Assembly: GCA_965644295.1 (NCBI GenBank)
Contig: CBFFRP010000399.1
Location: 124,001 to 188,000, forward strand
Direction: 5' to 3'
DNA: 64,000 bases
From: Paraphysomonas bandaiensis
Lineage: Eukaryota; Protista; Chrysophyceae
The stretch's first letter is position 1. The number at the start of each line of letters is the position of its first letter. The position numbers were made by a program, and so were the translations under genes. The notes beneath the pieces were generated by a model, which searched no databases, was not told the origin of the DNA, and saw only the letters and a program-made list of their open reading frames with translations. Positions 61,673 to 64,000 of this stretch are shown in pieces.

Positions 61673-64000
61673 CTACAAGTCTTCAATAAAAACTAAACCC
61701 GCACTGCAGAGCACCCTCAAAACTCTAAGTCGAAACTCTGTCGAAACCGAACGAGTACTGCTACTTCCTTCTGAAAGAAATGATCCACGCTCGCATAAAG
61801 TCGTTATTTTCTCCTGGGCTGGAGTGTCACCGCTACTCCAAACAACATATTCTTCTTCAACAGTGTTTGCAGCAAACAGCTGAGTGATAGAGGCTGACAT
61901 TGACGTACTCCTTTTGCGACGAGATTCCATATCTTCAGCGTTCACCTTGCACTCATACTCGCTCATGCGCTCGGCCACCACATTATGACACAGACTCATC
62001 ATCGGAAGCCCCACCATAACTAACACTGCCGCGGCAGTACATACCGCCCAGGTACTCTAAATATTACGTTACACAACAACGTCACATATAGCATGCACAT
62101 ACCGTCTTCATCGTAGCAACCACGTCAAAGCATTTATCGTCACCATGTAGCTCCTCGTCCATATACTCCTTCAGAATTTTATTGATTGCATCACAATCAT
62201 CGCCAACCAAAAACTTTGCAAACTGTCTTATCTCCAGCATCGCGGCAATAACCGACAAGACGAACACGTCTAGAGCATTCCACGCATTTAGCATCTCCGC
62301 AACAACGATCATTCCTTTCTGAAAGGTCAACGACAGCGGGGTGCACCACAAAAAGAGCAGTGCAACTAAAAATGCAATTGGCATAGCGAGTCCGAATAGA
62401 AAGTATGCCAACTGAATAAACCGCACCCCGAAATTATGGGGGATGCCAGACGCTGCAGGTAAGTTCGACCCTACACTGATCAAACTATACGAATCTGTCG
62501 GGTCACTCATCAAGTATCCCGTTAGCCCGCGGAATTCAAACTGAATTGTGTTCAATATAGCACCAGTCAGCACAAGAGCAATGCCAATCACAATAACCGA
62601 ACCAACAGTCAGCTTCCCTGCATTTGTGAAACCAACTTTCTTGTAAATAGACGAACTGCTAGAGTCGGCACCATCTTCACTGGTCACAATCTCAACCGTA
62701 TGTATGTGGTTCATGAGTGCCACTTTCATGGTGTCGTCATTCTCGAGTGGGGTTGGACTCTCTGACACTATTCTGTGGCACGCTAGTGCGAAATGGCCGA
62801 TTGCCAAGCTCCCCATTGTTGCCAGCAGAAACGCATAAAAGCTCCAGTGGGGAACCACAGTCATTGTCAATTTTATGCCAGGCGCAATAGAAAAATGGAA
62901 GTGAAAAGCAACCATCTAGTAAAGAAGGAGTGAAACAATATACACACACTGCACTCTAACTTACCATTAGAACCATAACAAAAGTATCGACTAGAGACCA
63001 CTTTCCGAGTATGTCTAGCCAAATGAGAACATTGTCTCGAGTAGGGAGAGACACAACTGATGTAGGAACAAACCACATAACAAGCATCGCAAAGAGCTTA
63101 ATGAATGGCCATGCCCCAGTAAAGAATGCAATGATAACAGCCAGGAAATACGTGCCGGCTTCCCACCTACGCAACATACACATGACTTGACAGAAAAATG
63201 TATACTTTTATGCTTACATCTCTCTCACTGTGTTGCCCAGTCCAAATTCAAAAACGGGATCCGGGGTTATCACTTGGTTTCCCATGTCGATCTCAACCAT
63301 CACAGAAGACGCCGGATGCATATCTGACACCATGAATAGGAAAAATATTGATACAATAATAATCGGCACTGAAATCCGGACAAAGAGAGAAAGTGAATCC
63401 TGGGCAACGAGTGCATCATATCCGCATGTCCCTTCGTCATACCCCATCATAATATTGACATATTTGTTTATCCACGCATTGCTCATCACTTTGCATTCTC
63501 CACTCGTCGCAGTCTCCACTGTATCGATATCCACTGACCCAGATACCGGGACATAGTTCATCTTCATATCATCCACATGTGTAGGAATTCTGAAATTATA
63601 AAACGTCCGGACAAGTAGGTATACAGCTACAACACATACAACAATAAGGGTGGCCATTTTCCATTGCCAGGAAAAGCTGAACTTGTTATCTTTCGTACTG
63701 CTGCCATCAGTGGACGGCTGATATGTGCCATCACACATATCTTTCGAGGAAACCAGTCTCGAACTGATTTTATTATTTATTGCCTCGATCGCTTCCGGCG
63801 ATTGCAAGGAGTCTAAGATTTTCTCTACTAATTGCAATATGTCTACCTCAGAAGTGCCTTCTATGAAATAAAAGTTTACACCACTGACAGACAAATCTAG
63901 TCCAGCGATTGACATGTGGTCAATTGCCGACGCTACACAGCCATCCGTATGATAGTCTGCGAGCTTCATATTATGTATGGAGGTTAAGTCCATTTCCATC
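61673..64000 (-). CDS. Paralog of the TULIP-like/PqiA-like membrane protein, 5'-truncated by window; exons >64000-63218, 63166-62965, 62915-62103, 62056-61673
   Basis: DPVFEFGLGNTVREM|W..IIAFFTGAWPFIKL..WLDILGKWSLVDTFV; MLNAWNALDVFVLSVIAAMLEI; DDKCFDVVAT; colinear with the 39912-46532 protein. Confidence 0.88.

Noticed and set aside
1-64000. CRISPR arrays, tRNA/rRNA genes, prokaryotic operons or defence systems
   Set aside because: None seen; the window is intron-containing eukaryotic DNA and no repeat-spacer array or RNA-gene structure was recognised.

Overview
Gene-dense eukaryotic nuclear DNA with short GT-AG introns (mostly ~45-200 nt). Gene content suggests a stramenopile protist, possibly chrysophyte-like (inference). 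About 20 protein-coding genes are present, 18 of them in nine head-to-head pairs: a giant IQ-motif protein running off the left edge, TXNDC9/PhLP3, a C69 dipeptidase, a GT90 glycosyltransferase, a ZBBX-like SAM protein, a WW protein, PRP39, an EF-hand protein, an ankyrin protein, Rab escort protein, a J-domain/ankyrin/UBA/PAM2 protein, a mitochondrial carrier, a Tudor-like/MCM3-winged-helix protein, an alpha/beta hydrolase, a GDP-sugar transporter and DPH2. There are three long (TATG)n arrays, all in divergent promoters, and an intact, very young Ty1/copia element with non-canonical TA...TA LTR ends. The best candidate for an undescribed system is a pair of paralogous membrane proteins (39912-46532 +, ~2,140 aa; 61673->64000 -, truncated). 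The complete copy joins a signal peptide and a duplicated luminal array of BPI/LBP (TULIP)-like lipid-binding domains to a C-terminal double PqiA/LetA-type membrane module. It may be a single-chain eukaryotic analogue of the bacterial PqiAB/LetAB lipid-transport machines. All family assignments come from motif recognition by eye; no searches were run.
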